This document shows positions 27,242 through 36,584 of a stretch of 64,000 nt of DNA, in pieces. How positions within the stretch are numbered: the first letter of the stretch is position 1; each line of letters opens with the position of its first letter. The notes under the pieces are model-generated. The model worked only from the letters and a program-made list of their open reading frames with translations. It searched no databases and was not told the DNA's origin. Origin of the DNA: Opitutia bacterium (lineage in GTDB: Bacteria; Verrucomicrobiota; Verrucomicrobiia; Opitutales; T3Sed10-336); contig JBJHCF010000006.1 of the NCBI GenBank assembly GCA_050506795.1, forward strand, positions 64,001-128,000, in the 5' to 3' direction. The position numbers and the translations under genes were made by a program.

Positions 27242-28088
27242 TGGCGAGAATGTTTTCTCCGAAGACGAGATCGCCTTCGGGGTAGCGTGTGGAACGGGTA
27301 TCCGGTGATCTTTCGTCGCGTGGGGGAATGGGGGTTCCGCGGAGGTCGTTGCCGCCTGGACCCACGGAATAGAGGGTGTAGGTATGACTTGTCCGCTGGT
27401 AAGCGAGCGGGCGATGGGTGGCGAACGGATCGACTGTTAGCCGAGGGAGGTAATTTGGATGAAGGGCTTCGAGGCGGTCGGGATAGGCTCCTGTATCTTC
27501 CCTGTGGGCGTGAAGAGCCAAGGCTGTCAGAAGGAGCTCTCCGGCGGCTTTAGTGGTTATCGCGTAGTCCCAGGCCAGAAATACCGTTTCCCTGAGCGAT
27601 GCGACCGGCCTCGGGCTTCCCGGCAGGTTCTCCAGGAGCGCCACGCCATCGACGAAAACCGGTTGATCCACTGCTTGGGTCGCTGCCAGCATGACTTGGT
27701 CGGTTCCGGATGCCAGGCGTTGTTTATGCATCCAAAGAGAGTGCCAGCGGATACGCAGTCGGTCCAAAAAGGCGAACTCAGAGAATTCTTTGCCTGCGAT
27801 GTCCAGCGCGGTGGGTGTCTCGGCGACATACGTTTTCGCAGCGTTCCGTCTCCAATACGATTCGTCATCGAGACGGTCTGCCCTTACTTCGAAACGCGTG
27901 AGCTGAGCCGTATCCTCAATCGCGTTTGCTGCGTCCAGGTAGACATCGAACGCGTTGACCTCGGGGACGGGTATGGAGTCAAGCGTGGTAAACTCCGGCA
28001 TTCTGTTCCCGTCGATCCGCCACCAGATAGCGGCGATAACGATAGCCAGGAGCAGAAGGGTGCCGGAAAGGAGGACTTTTCGGAGCAT
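27213..28088 (-). CDS. Membrane-anchored hypothetical protein with a GspG/pseudopilin-like C-terminal motif
   Basis: N-terminal hydrophobic helix; 'GAYPDRLEAL...DPF...YTLYSVGP'. Confidence 0.6.
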   Translation of the reverse strand: MLRKVLLSGTLLLLAIVIAAIWWRIDGNRMPEFTTLDSIPVPEVNAFDVYLDAANAIEDTAQLTRFEVRADRLDDESYWRRNAAKTYVAETPTALDIAGKEFSEFAFLDRLRIRWHSLWMHKQRLASGTDQVMLAATQAVDQPVFVDGVALLENLPGSPRPVASLRETVFLAWDYAITTKAAGELLLTALALHAHREDTGAYPDRLEALHPNYLPRLTVDPFATHRPLAYQRTSHTYTLYSVGPGGNDLRGTPIPPRDERSPDTRSTRYPEGDLVFGENILAIVEIPTARE

Positions 28089-28200
28089 GGACCGTATCTT
28101 CTTTCCGAACCAGCCGGGAGGTCAATCGGCATTCGGGTTAGAGGGGTCAGTGGCGTTCGCAGGGTCGGTTTCCCGGGGATTCGGCAGCACCCGCCGGGAA

Positions 28201-28752
28201 TCAATAGCCAAATAGCCCCTCTAAGATCAGAAAGGCGATGACACCGCCAACTATTGCGATCAGCGAAACCACCTTTCCCAGGGCGGCAAATGATAGGAAC
28301 TCGCGAATCGGGGAGCAGAAAAAATGGAAAAACAACAGCAATGCGGTGCCGACACAGACGATCGCCAGGGCTGAAGCTTGGGTTTCGGTGTATTCATGGA
28401 ATTCCCGCATCCTCCAGTCCCACCACAGTATTGATCTTTGGCCGAATGCTTTGACAGCGTAGAGCAGTGGAAAGGCCGGCAAAATGATGCCCAGGAATAG
28501 CCGGCTTGGCAGGCCTCCCGAGGCCGGAATGCTGAGGCGGTCTCCTACCTCGTTGGGATGCCACAAAAGCCAAAGCACCACCCCCGCCGCTATCAGCATC
28601 CCGACGAATGCCAGAACAACCAGCAACAATTGCAGAGGAAGGGGGATAGAACTGGTTGAGGATACTATGATCATGGAGGAGAGGAAAGGCTGACTCTGGA
28701 GCACAGGATGGTTTAGGCCGCTGTGATCTTGGTGGGGCGTATTGGAAACCAT
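28201..28752 (-). CDS. Hypothetical membrane protein (about 4 TM; start uncertain)
   Basis: Four long hydrophobic segments. Confidence 0.6.
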   Translation of the reverse strand: MVSNTPHQDHSGLNHPVLQSQPFLSSMIIVSSTSSIPLPLQLLLVVLAFVGMLIAAGVVLWLLWHPNEVGDRLSIPASGGLPSRLFLGIILPAFPLLYAVKAFGQRSILWWDWRMREFHEYTETQASALAIVCVGTALLLFFHFFCSPIREFLSFAALGKVVSLIAIVGGVIAFLILEGLFGY

Positions 28753-29361
28753 TCACGCTGCTGAGGCAATGTCCTGGTGTCAGGGTCGGGCCGGGCCGGT
28801 TGGACCCGCGAGAGCGGACCCCCGGAGGAAGGATTTTCCAAGCGCCTGGAATTTTAATCCGCCCCCTTTGGCGGAGAGAATGTCCGCCGGAATCATGACC
28901 CCCCGGGCCCGTCTTTGTCCCGGGGTATGCGAGGGGGGTGCCGGGGAACTGGAGGGAATGGAACGGACCTGTCGTCTCTTGGCCGTCCGGAGCCCTGTCG
29001 TCGGCTCTGCGCACCGCTCACTCATGTCACTCGGCGTGAGCAGGCGGATGATGCGCTGGCCGCAAGGGGGGAGGCCGCTGAGGGGGTTTGGTCGGCCGCC
29101 CGGTTGGCACCAGTTCCTCCGGTGTGGGTTATGGGTGGACTGGAGGGAGGAGGGTCAGGGGGGCGCGCAGCTTCTCGTGTGGACTCCCAGACAGGGCCGC
29201 GCAGAGAAGTCAATTTTCACTGTAAAGATAGCGCCCTTCCTTCTTTTCGTATTTCTTTGGAAGGCTGGTGCCGGAGGGGACGATTCGGAGGGGCGGGTCT
29301 CGCGGATGAAGGAACTCCTGTACGGACCGGAAGGGATTTCGGATGCGCTTGTCCGGGGCGT

Positions 29362-29508
29362 TCATGACAAACTCCAAGGGCGACATCTGGAGGTGTGCGA
29401 CGATCGACCGCGGTTGTGCTTCTGCAGACGCGCCTTCAGATCGGAGGTAAGGCCGATGTAGGTTTGTTCGGGATAAGGTTGGGAACGCAGGAGGTAGACG
29501 TAGTGCAT
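29362..29508 (-). pseudogene. Truncated small GIY-YIG nuclease
   Basis: MHYVYLLRS...TYIGLTSDLKARLQKHNRG...HTSRCRPW, then a stop at 48 aa; lacks the C-terminal helix carrying the metal-binding Glu. Confidence 0.8.
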
Positions 29509-29548
29509 GACGGGGTTTCCGCCGTCGCCCTGCGGGCTATGGCGCGCA

Positions 29549-29594
29549 GCCTTCGCCGGGACTTCGGCTTGCCAGCCGAAGCCTTGGCGAAGGC
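29549..29594. repeat. Long inverted repeat abutting the tmRNA 3' end
   Basis: GCCTTCGCC...CTTCGGCT-TGCC-AGCCGAAG...GGCGAAGGC. Confidence 0.8.
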
Positions 29595-29950
29595 TGGAGG
29601 TGGCGGGAGTCGAACCCGCGTCCCCTGAGGCTTCACGTGAGGCTTCTACATGTTTAGCTTTTCTATATACCTCGCCCCTGGTCCGCGGAAAAGCGCGCAA
29701 ACCAGAAGGCCAGCCACCGGTGAACGTACGGTCCAGGCGCCGGAAGCGCCCGCCTGGACTATGCCTGCTGGTCGTCGCCCCGCTCTCTAGCAGGTGTCAA
29801 GAGAAGGACGTGGCTGCAGCTTAATTAAGCAGCCATTGGCAGTTGTTCTTCATTGCCAGTTACTTGGTTGATGGACGTTTTACGAGGCCAACCATCATCC
29901 TCGACATGCCACCTCACACTCCAACTCAGGGTCGAATCCAGAACACCCCC
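29595..29950 (-). ncRNA. ssrA: tmRNA; predicted tag (A)GNEEQLPMAA
   Basis: 5' GGGGGTGTTCTGGATTCGAC; 3' GACGCGGGTTCGACTCCCGCCACCTCCA; acceptor stem with a G3:U pair; tag ORF 29857-29825 ends GCT GCT TAA; CCA not encoded. Confidence 0.97.
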
Positions 29951-30299
29951 GATGCGTCGGTGTGAGAGGAAATTCCTCTCAAAGAACGGTGAATTGCCGT
30001 GCCGTGCGTCGATTCCGGCGACGGACGGGTTTGGCGTTTACAGGATGACCATAAACGGAGTCAGGGGGATTTGGCAAGTGCGGGGAAGAGTTTTGTTGGC
30101 GGAAGAAATGAATCTCACGCCCGCTTCGATCAAGACCCGGAGACCCAAAGATTCAAGAAACGGCCCAGCCACCTCCCGAGCCAAAGCCAGGGCCGTGTGA
30201 ACCACGAAATACACGAAATTCACGAAATGGGGGTAAGAATATCCGGATCCAAAGCCTCGGAGACCTTTATGAGTTTTTGGAGCTTGTGTCTCCGAAAAT

Positions 30300-30362
30300 G
30301 TCCTGCTTGAAGCACGGACCTACGTGGCGGAGCCATAAGAGTAGCGCCGTGCTTCAGCCGGC
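30300..30362. repeat. GTAG-type REP doublet (copy 3, inverted relative to copies 1-2)
   Basis: GTCCTGCTTGAAGCACGGACCTAC-GTGGCGGAGC...-GTAGCGCCGTGCTTCAGCCGGC. Confidence 0.8.
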
Positions 30363-30490
30363 CTGCCTTCTTCGCTCGGTAGTGGGTAATAAGTCCAGTG
30401 CCGGGTGACGGTATGAAAAGCCGACTGAGGGGCTTGGGGTCTTTGCGTGAGCCTGAACCGAACCGCCAACCAATTGGTATCAACTCCAAG

Positions 30491-31105
30491 TTATGGGAAG
30501 TGCAGGTCGTGGTGGGTTTGGAGCCAGGTCTCGAGGTTTTCGATGAGGGGGGCGGCGTGGCGGAGGGGGGCTTCGGGGAGATCGGCCAGGGGGTGGTGGA
30601 TGAGGGAGTCGGCGGCGGCGCGACGAGACGTGGGGAGCGTGCGGAACCAGTCTTCCCGTACTGCGAAACCTTCGTCGCGGGCGTAGAGGTACAGGGCTTT
30701 GAGGTAGACCACTTCGGGGTGAGGGGTCTTTTCCCAGGCATCGAGAGCGTGCCCGAGGGCAATGAAAAGATCGGCGGCGGCATCCGCGTGCAGGGGGTTC
30801 TTCATCAATACGGCGGCGAACCGACTCGCGTATTCAAGAGTTCGGTACGAGCGACCGAGGCCGGGGAAGTGACGGGTGATAAGCCATTCCTTGAGGAACC
30901 AGGTACGGCCTTCGTTGCGCGTTTCGATGACGGCTTCCATACGATCGAAGAGATCTGGCGGGATCGCCGTTCCCGCTTTGCGACGGCTCTCGCGGCGGAA
31001 GACGGTCAGGATGCCGAGTCGTTCGGCGAAGATCCGCAGGCGCTGCATGGATTCACCCGAGGGTTCCCGGGTAAGAACGAAGGCGTTGGTGGTTTCGAAC
31101 GGCAC
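30491..31105 (-). CDS. recO: DNA repair protein RecO (divergent)
   Basis: N-terminal 'AFVLTREPSGES...IFAERLG' OB-fold pattern; lies downstream of phoH-ybeY, as in many bacteria. Confidence 0.65.
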   Translation of the reverse strand: MPFETTNAFVLTREPSGESMQRLRIFAERLGILTVFRRESRRKAGTAIPPDLFDRMEAVIETRNEGRTWFLKEWLITRHFPGLGRSYRTLEYASRFAAVLMKNPLHADAAADLFIALGHALDAWEKTPHPEVVYLKALYLYARDEGFAVREDWFRTLPTSRRAAADSLIHHPLADLPEAPLRHAAPLIENLETWLQTHHDLHFP

Positions 31106-31155
31106 GAGGAATTCGCCGGTCCGCGCCGGCGGGCCGACAGTCTTTGGTAATGCTT

Positions 31156-31872
31156 CTAATGTTTCGTTTCGGGGCTTTCGGCCGGTAATCGTTTCTCAGC
31201 GTTTTCGTTGACGCCGGAGACCCGGGTTTGCTCCCGATAAGGCGGAACCACGGCGCCTCCGGAGATAATGAGCTTCATTCCTTCGCCCACGCTCATTTCC
31301 AGTTCGATAACGTCTTCTTTGGGCACCATGAGGAGGAATCCGCTGGTCGGATTGGGAGTGGTGGGGACGAACACGTTGCAGAGGTCGGCCGAGGTTTTTG
31401 CCTGGGTTTCCCCTTTGGCGGTACTGGTGAGGAATCCGATGGCGTAGGTGCCTTTGCGGGGATATTCCAGCATGACCACTTTTTGGAATACCGCTTTTTC
31501 CTGAAGACTGAAAGTCTCCACGATCTGTTTGACCGATCCGTAGACGGTTTTCACAAACGGGAAGGAGGTGATGACCTTCTCCGAAAGGTTGACGAAGTAG
31601 CGGGCGATGAGGTAGCGGGACAGGAATCCGAGAACCGTCACCAGGATCATCACTTTGATGGTGGCGGCGATGTTCCACAGGGCGACGAGACCGCGGCGTT
31701 GCAGGAGATGTTCGGGGATGTAAAAGAAGAAGTAGTCCCGGAACTGGCCGCCCACGTTGGAAATAAGGATGTTGAAAACGTACAGGGTGACTGCGATCGG
31801 CGTCAGGAGAACAACTCCTGCCAGGAACGCTTTGCGCAGGGAGATTAATATGGCGGAGGTCCGTTGATTCAT
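31156..31872 (-). CDS. DUF502-domain membrane protein
   Basis: 'FLAGVVLLTPIAVT', 'EYPRKG', 'VFVPTTPNPTSGFL'. Confidence 0.92.
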   Translation of the reverse strand: MNQRTSAILISLRKAFLAGVVLLTPIAVTLYVFNILISNVGGQFRDYFFFYIPEHLLQRRGLVALWNIAATIKVMILVTVLGFLSRYLIARYFVNLSEKVITSFPFVKTVYGSVKQIVETFSLQEKAVFQKVVMLEYPRKGTYAIGFLTSTAKGETQAKTSADLCNVFVPTTPNPTSGFLLMVPKEDVIELEMSVGEGMKLIISGGAVVPPYREQTRVSGVNENAEKRLPAESPETKH

Positions 31873-32354
31873 TTCGGCTGTTCGACCTGAAAATTCGGAA
31901 TAAGGTGCGAATTTTCCAGTAAATCCATCGCTTTTTTTTCGGCCGTCCGCATTTTCCTTTTTTTCACGGGTTCGAGGTCGTCGAAACCGCACAAATGAAG
32001 GTAGCCGTGAACAAGATAGAGGGTGAGTTCGCGGGAAAAATCGAGGTTGCGCCGGCGGGAGTAGTCGAGGGCGTGTTCGCCCGAGATGCAGATTTCGCCC
32101 GCGAAATCCATTTCCGGGCTTCCTTCGAAGGTGATCACGTCGGTGGGATCGGGATCGTCGAAGAACTCCTGGTGCAGGCGGGCGATTTCGGCGTCGTCCA
32201 TAAAAACCACCGACAGTTCTCCCGGAGGGCAATTGAAGAGAAGGCAGTCATCGAGTGCGTGTATAGCGCGACGAATCTCAGCGGGTTTGAGCTGAAGGCT
32301 TTTCCAGTTCCTCCGAACCGGTACCTCTCTCGGCATTTTTCTCGCTGGCTTCAT
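31869..32354 (-). CDS. ybeY: rRNA maturation RNase YbeY
   Basis: 'PTDVITF', 'HGYLHLCGFDD'. Confidence 0.9.
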   Translation of the reverse strand: MKPARKMPREVPVRRNWKSLQLKPAEIRRAIHALDDCLLFNCPPGELSVVFMDDAEIARLHQEFFDDPDPTDVITFEGSPEMDFAGEICISGEHALDYSRRRNLDFSRELTLYLVHGYLHLCGFDDLEPVKKRKMRTAEKKAMDLLENSHLIPNFQVEQPK

Positions 32355-34728
32355 CTTGTTCGCCCTCGGGGGGCCTGGCGGTGCGTTTGTCGCCGTCCTT
32401 GGCGTCGGAGGGATACTCCACCCGGGAGTGGAGCATGTTCAGCAGGGTGAAGCAAAAGCTTTTCTTGATACGGGAGATTTCGTCCATGGTAAGCGGACAC
32501 TCGTCCAGCTGACCATCCTCGATCCGCCCTTGGAAAATTTTGTCTATCAAGTCTTCGAGGTTCTGTTGATTGACCTTTTTGAGGCTCCGGCTGGCCGCTT
32601 CCACCGCGTCGGCGAAGAAAATGACGGCGCTTTCCTTGAACTGGGGTTTGGGCCCGTCGTAGCGGTAGGTGGTTTCGCTCACGGTGTCGCCTTCACGGGA
32701 ATCGGCGTCGGCGAACGGCGGGACCGTATTCTTTTTTTCGAACTGTTTTGCCTGGTGGAAGAAGTACTCGATCAGAGTGGTGCCGTGGTGTTGGCGAATG
32801 ATGTCGATGATGACGCGGGGCAATTTGAAATTGACCGCCAGGTCGACGCCTTCCTTGACGTGACTCTTGATGATGAGGGCGCTGAAGGATGGGTTGCGCT
32901 CGCTGTGCGGGTTGAAGCCGTCGCGCTGGTTTTCTGTGAAATATTCGGGTTTCACCAGTTTGCCGATGTCGTGGAACAGGGCGCAAACGCGGCACTTGAG
33001 CGGGTTGGCGTCGATTTCACCGGCGGCGTTCTCCGCCAGGTTGGCCACTACGAGGCTGTGATGATAACTGCCGGGCGCCTCCATTTGCATCCGTTTGAGG
33101 AGCGGATGATTGGTGTCGGTGAGTTCCAGCAGCGTAATGTCGGTAATGCGGCGAAAGAGGGTCTCCAGGATGGGAAGCAAGCCCACGACAATAATGCCGG
33201 TGAGGGCGCCGACCGCCAGGCCGGCGGCCATCTGGGTGACAATGATGGTGAGTTCGAGCCTCGAGGCCAATCCGAGGAAAAGAGCCGCGGCCGCCACCGT
33301 GAGTCCGGTCAGGCAGGCGGCCTTGACCAGCCGTCCGCGAAAGCGAACCTGGTGGCAGTAATAAATGCCGACCAGCGCGGACAGGAAGGCCACCACGAAC
33401 ATCTCAACCTTGTAGCCGAACATGATGGCGGCGAAGAAACTGATGATCAGGGCCATGAAAATGGCGGGACGCTGGCCGATCAGCATGGCGACGATCAGGG
33501 GCGAGAATGCGGTGGGGGTGAGGTAGGGAATGGCGGCCATCCAGGTGGTGTGGGCGGCGACGGCGGGAACATTGACCAGTTTTATGACCGACCAGACGAG
33601 GCTTAGGTTGATAGTCGCCAACAGTCCGAGGAGCGCGAGCCGGCTGTTGCTCTTGAGCGTTTCGCGGTCCTCGATGCGGATGTAGACTGCGGCGGACAGA
33701 AGAATTCCAACGACCAGCAGGAGGCGATGCAACCTCTGTTCATCCAGTTCGAGCGGTTGCTCGCCGTGGGCGGCGAGGGTCTCTCGGTAGGCGAGGTACA
33801 TTTCGTATTGGTCCTCGGTTACCGTGGTGCCGGGGCGAATGATCGTGTCGCCTTCTTCCACGCCGACCATGACGGGCGGGGTTTCACGGGCGACGCGCGC
33901 CTTGCGTTCCTCGGTGCGGGTCTCGTCGTACTCGAAGTTCGGTACCAACCCGTCGCGGATAATCCTGCGCAGGGCCAGAACGACGTTCTGTGGAGCATCG
34001 AGCGATTCGATGCGTGATCGCAACTCCAGGCGGGCCTCTTCTTCGTTGCGAATGCTGCGATCGCTGAGGCGTGTCTCGTCCGGCCCGTAAATCGTGAACA
34101 AGGTCAAGCCGTCGGAGGGATCGTCGCTGGGAAAGGATTCCGGGGAGTAAATCCCATCCCGATGAATCTCCTCCAACATGCGCAGGGCTTCGCGAAAGAG
34201 GTTTTGCCTGGTTTCGGGATCGGTGTGCTCGAGCAGCGACAGGATATCTTCGGTCGTCGGGGTGTGGCGCGACCGTTCGGCATGGGCGTCGACAAATCCC
34301 CGAACGGCGGTAATGCGGCCTTCCTCCTCCAGATCGCGGGTATTTTCATCCAGCAGATCGATTTCCCGGGCCAGGGCGCCGACCTCGTCGGCGAAAGCCT
34401 CAAAATGCCGGGGCTGTATGGAGTAGGCCGGACCGACCAGGTTGATCCGGCGCTGGCGTTCGCGTTCGGTCAGTAGTTCGCTGCGGTAGTCGAATGGCAC
34501 TGTCGCGGTGACCCGGATCGGGGAGACCTGGTGGGGAATGATCTGGGCGCCGCCGGAATCGAGTCCGATCAGGCTGAGCATACCGATGCCGGCGGCGGTG
34601 AGCACGAAAATCGCGCCTGAAATTAGGGGACTGGTTTCCAGGTAGCGGACAAAACGCGTCTGCTGATCCGTCTTTCGTTTACGGCGGGAAGTCTCGGTGG
34701 AACCGGGTTTGGTCGATTTTGTAACCAT
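32278..34728 (-). CDS. 7TM-HD (HDIG) phosphohydrolase, PgpH-like
   Basis: 'EAPGSYHHS', 'FHDIGK', 'YFTENQ', 'HHGTT', 'ADAVEAASRS'; multi-TM core. Confidence 0.92.
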   Translation of the reverse strand: MVTKSTKPGSTETSRRKRKTDQQTRFVRYLETSPLISGAIFVLTAAGIGMLSLIGLDSGGAQIIPHQVSPIRVTATVPFDYRSELLTERERQRRINLVGPAYSIQPRHFEAFADEVGALAREIDLLDENTRDLEEEGRITAVRGFVDAHAERSRHTPTTEDILSLLEHTDPETRQNLFREALRMLEEIHRDGIYSPESFPSDDPSDGLTLFTIYGPDETRLSDRSIRNEEEARLELRSRIESLDAPQNVVLALRRIIRDGLVPNFEYDETRTEERKARVARETPPVMVGVEEGDTIIRPGTTVTEDQYEMYLAYRETLAAHGEQPLELDEQRLHRLLLVVGILLSAAVYIRIEDRETLKSNSRLALLGLLATINLSLVWSVIKLVNVPAVAAHTTWMAAIPYLTPTAFSPLIVAMLIGQRPAIFMALIISFFAAIMFGYKVEMFVVAFLSALVGIYYCHQVRFRGRLVKAACLTGLTVAAAALFLGLASRLELTIIVTQMAAGLAVGALTGIIVVGLLPILETLFRRITDITLLELTDTNHPLLKRMQMEAPGSYHHSLVVANLAENAAGEIDANPLKCRVCALFHDIGKLVKPEYFTENQRDGFNPHSERNPSFSALIIKSHVKEGVDLAVNFKLPRVIIDIIRQHHGTTLIEYFFHQAKQFEKKNTVPPFADADSREGDTVSETTYRYDGPKPQFKESAVIFFADAVEAASRSLKKVNQQNLEDLIDKIFQGRIEDGQLDECPLTMDEISRIKKSFCFTLLNMLHSRVEYPSDAKDGDKRTARPPEGEQDEASEKNAERGTGSEELEKPSAQTR

Positions 34729-34915
34729 GACAGGAGAACCTGAGCGGCAGGGAGGGCGCCCGACGGTCAGGGAGTGACGTGCTGATGCCCGGCCATTGCC
34801 GGGGAAAGCGATTCAAGTTCCGCAAAAACCGGCGGATGCCGGCGGTTCGTTTCCTCGGGCGGTCTCATGCTTATTGTTGAACGGTACGGCTTTTCCGTGA
34901 AATTTCGAGCCCCGA

Positions 34916-35890
34916 TTATTCTTCGGCGCCGGAGGCAGCCTGACGTTGTTCTTCGTAGGCCTCGATGATGCGAAGGACCAGGGGGTGCCGCACCACGTCG
35001 TCGGAGGTGAATTGGAAGAAACGGACTCCTTCGACTTTCCGGAGGATTTTGGGTGCTTCCACCAGGCCGGACCTCTGACGGCGGGGGAGGTCGATCTGGG
35101 TGATGTCCCCGGTAATGACCATCTTGCTGTTGTCGCCCAGGCGGGTCAGGAACATCAGCATCTGTTCGGGCGTGGTGTTTTGGGCCTCATCGAGGATGAT
35201 AAAGGCGTCTGAAAGGGTGCGGCCCCGCATATAGGCCAGAGGCGCGATTTCGATGATACCCTTGTCGATCATGCGGGCGACGTCCTCGCGGGGGATCATG
35301 TCGTAAAGCGCGTCGTAGACCGGCCGGAGGTAGGGCAGGATCTTTTCGCGCAGGTCCCCGGGAAGGAATCCGAGGGCCTCGCCGGCTTCGACCGCCGGAC
35401 GGGAAAGGACCAGGCGCTTCACCTCGTTTTTCAGCAACGCGGAAACCGCCATGGCCATGGCCAGGTAGGTTTTTCCCGTGCCGGCCGGGCCGATCCCGAA
35501 TACAATTTCCGCGGAGGAGATGTGCCGAAGGTAGCGTTTCTGTCCCAAAGTCTTGGGCACGACCGTTTTGCGATGGAGATCGACGGTCACCGGATCGCGG
35601 ATCATCTCCTCGAAGTCCGCGTCCTTGCCGCGGGCGATGTCCCGCAGCAGGTGCGCGAAGTCGGAGTCCCGGGTTTTGATCCCCTGGCGCCGGCTTTCCT
35701 GGAGGAGGTTGAAGAAACGTTCGGTTTTTTCCACGGCGGAGGGTTCTCCCTCGACCCGCATCCAGCCTTCCCGGGCGACCAGGGAAACGCCGAGGACGTT
35801 TTCCGCCAGCCGGAGGTTGTCGTCTTTCCCTCCGTAGAGCTGGTCCAGGCTGCGGGGGGTGTCGAAATGAAGGGTGCGGGTGGTGGGCAT
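34916..35890 (-). CDS. phoH: PhoH-family ATPase
   Basis: 'GPAGTGKTY', 'RPAVEAGE', 'YMRGRTL', 'ILDEAQN'. Confidence 0.95.
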   Translation of the reverse strand: MPTTRTLHFDTPRSLDQLYGGKDDNLRLAENVLGVSLVAREGWMRVEGEPSAVEKTERFFNLLQESRRQGIKTRDSDFAHLLRDIARGKDADFEEMIRDPVTVDLHRKTVVPKTLGQKRYLRHISSAEIVFGIGPAGTGKTYLAMAMAVSALLKNEVKRLVLSRPAVEAGEALGFLPGDLREKILPYLRPVYDALYDMIPREDVARMIDKGIIEIAPLAYMRGRTLSDAFIILDEAQNTTPEQMLMFLTRLGDNSKMVITGDITQIDLPRRQRSGLVEAPKILRKVEGVRFFQFTSDDVVRHPLVLRIIEAYEEQRQAASGAEE

Positions 35891-35909
35891 GGTGTGGACG
35901 CGGAACGCC

Positions 35910-36413
35910 TCAGGAATTCTTCCGCGAGGCGTCGGGACAGTGGGCGCGCAGGCGTCGCCACATGGAATCGAGCGAATCCGGTAAAACGCGTGTCTGGCCG
36001 AGCACCGGCATGAAATTGGTGTCGCCGTCCCAGCGCGGCACGATGTGTCCGTGCAGGTGGGAGGGAAGACCGGCGCCGGCCGCCCGTCCGATATTAAAGC
36101 CGATATTGAACCCATCGGGCTTGATGGCGCGGGTAAGGATGTCCTGCCCGAGCACCAGGCAGTCCATGAGATCCGCACGCTCGTCCGCCGTCAAATCGGC
36201 GAGGTCGGCGACTTCGCGGTAGGGAATAGCCAGGAGATGGCCCGCGTTATAGGGATAACGGTTGAGCAGAAGATAGCTGTGATTTCCGCGATGAAGCAGG
36301 TAGTTTCGCTGATCGTCGTTGGCAGCCGGAATTTCACGGAAGGGATTCTTTTCCGAACTGAAGGTGGGCGCCTCGACGTACTCCATTCTCCAATATGCGT
36401 GCAAACTGTGCAT
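35910..36413 (-). CDS. HIT-family hydrolase
   Basis: 'LNRYPYNAGHL', 'HLHGHIVPRW'. Confidence 0.92.
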   Translation of the reverse strand: MHSLHAYWRMEYVEAPTFSSEKNPFREIPAANDDQRNYLLHRGNHSYLLLNRYPYNAGHLLAIPYREVADLADLTADERADLMDCLVLGQDILTRAIKPDGFNIGFNIGRAAGAGLPSHLHGHIVPRWDGDTNFMPVLGQTRVLPDSLDSMWRRLRAHCPDASRKNS

Positions 36414-36584
36414 TACCGACTTAGGACACTGCCGCGTTTCCGGGGAAAGTCAAAACTCGCTTTAGGGTCGCCGCGTCCGGTAATTGCTGCTTGTTTTTAC
36501 GTTTCCTGTCTTGTTTCCTTGCCGGGAACAGGTAGGTTGAGCCTTTGTCAAAGCCGCCTATCGCATGTTGATCGCTTCCGCAAG

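Noticed and set aside
29595..29625. tRNA-like T-arm and acceptor end
   Set aside because: It is the 3' domain of tmRNA, not a separate tRNA
29362..29700. 112-aa ORF starting inside tmRNA
   Set aside because: Only the last 48 codons (GIY-YIG) are protein-like; the rest reads through RNA and hairpin sequence
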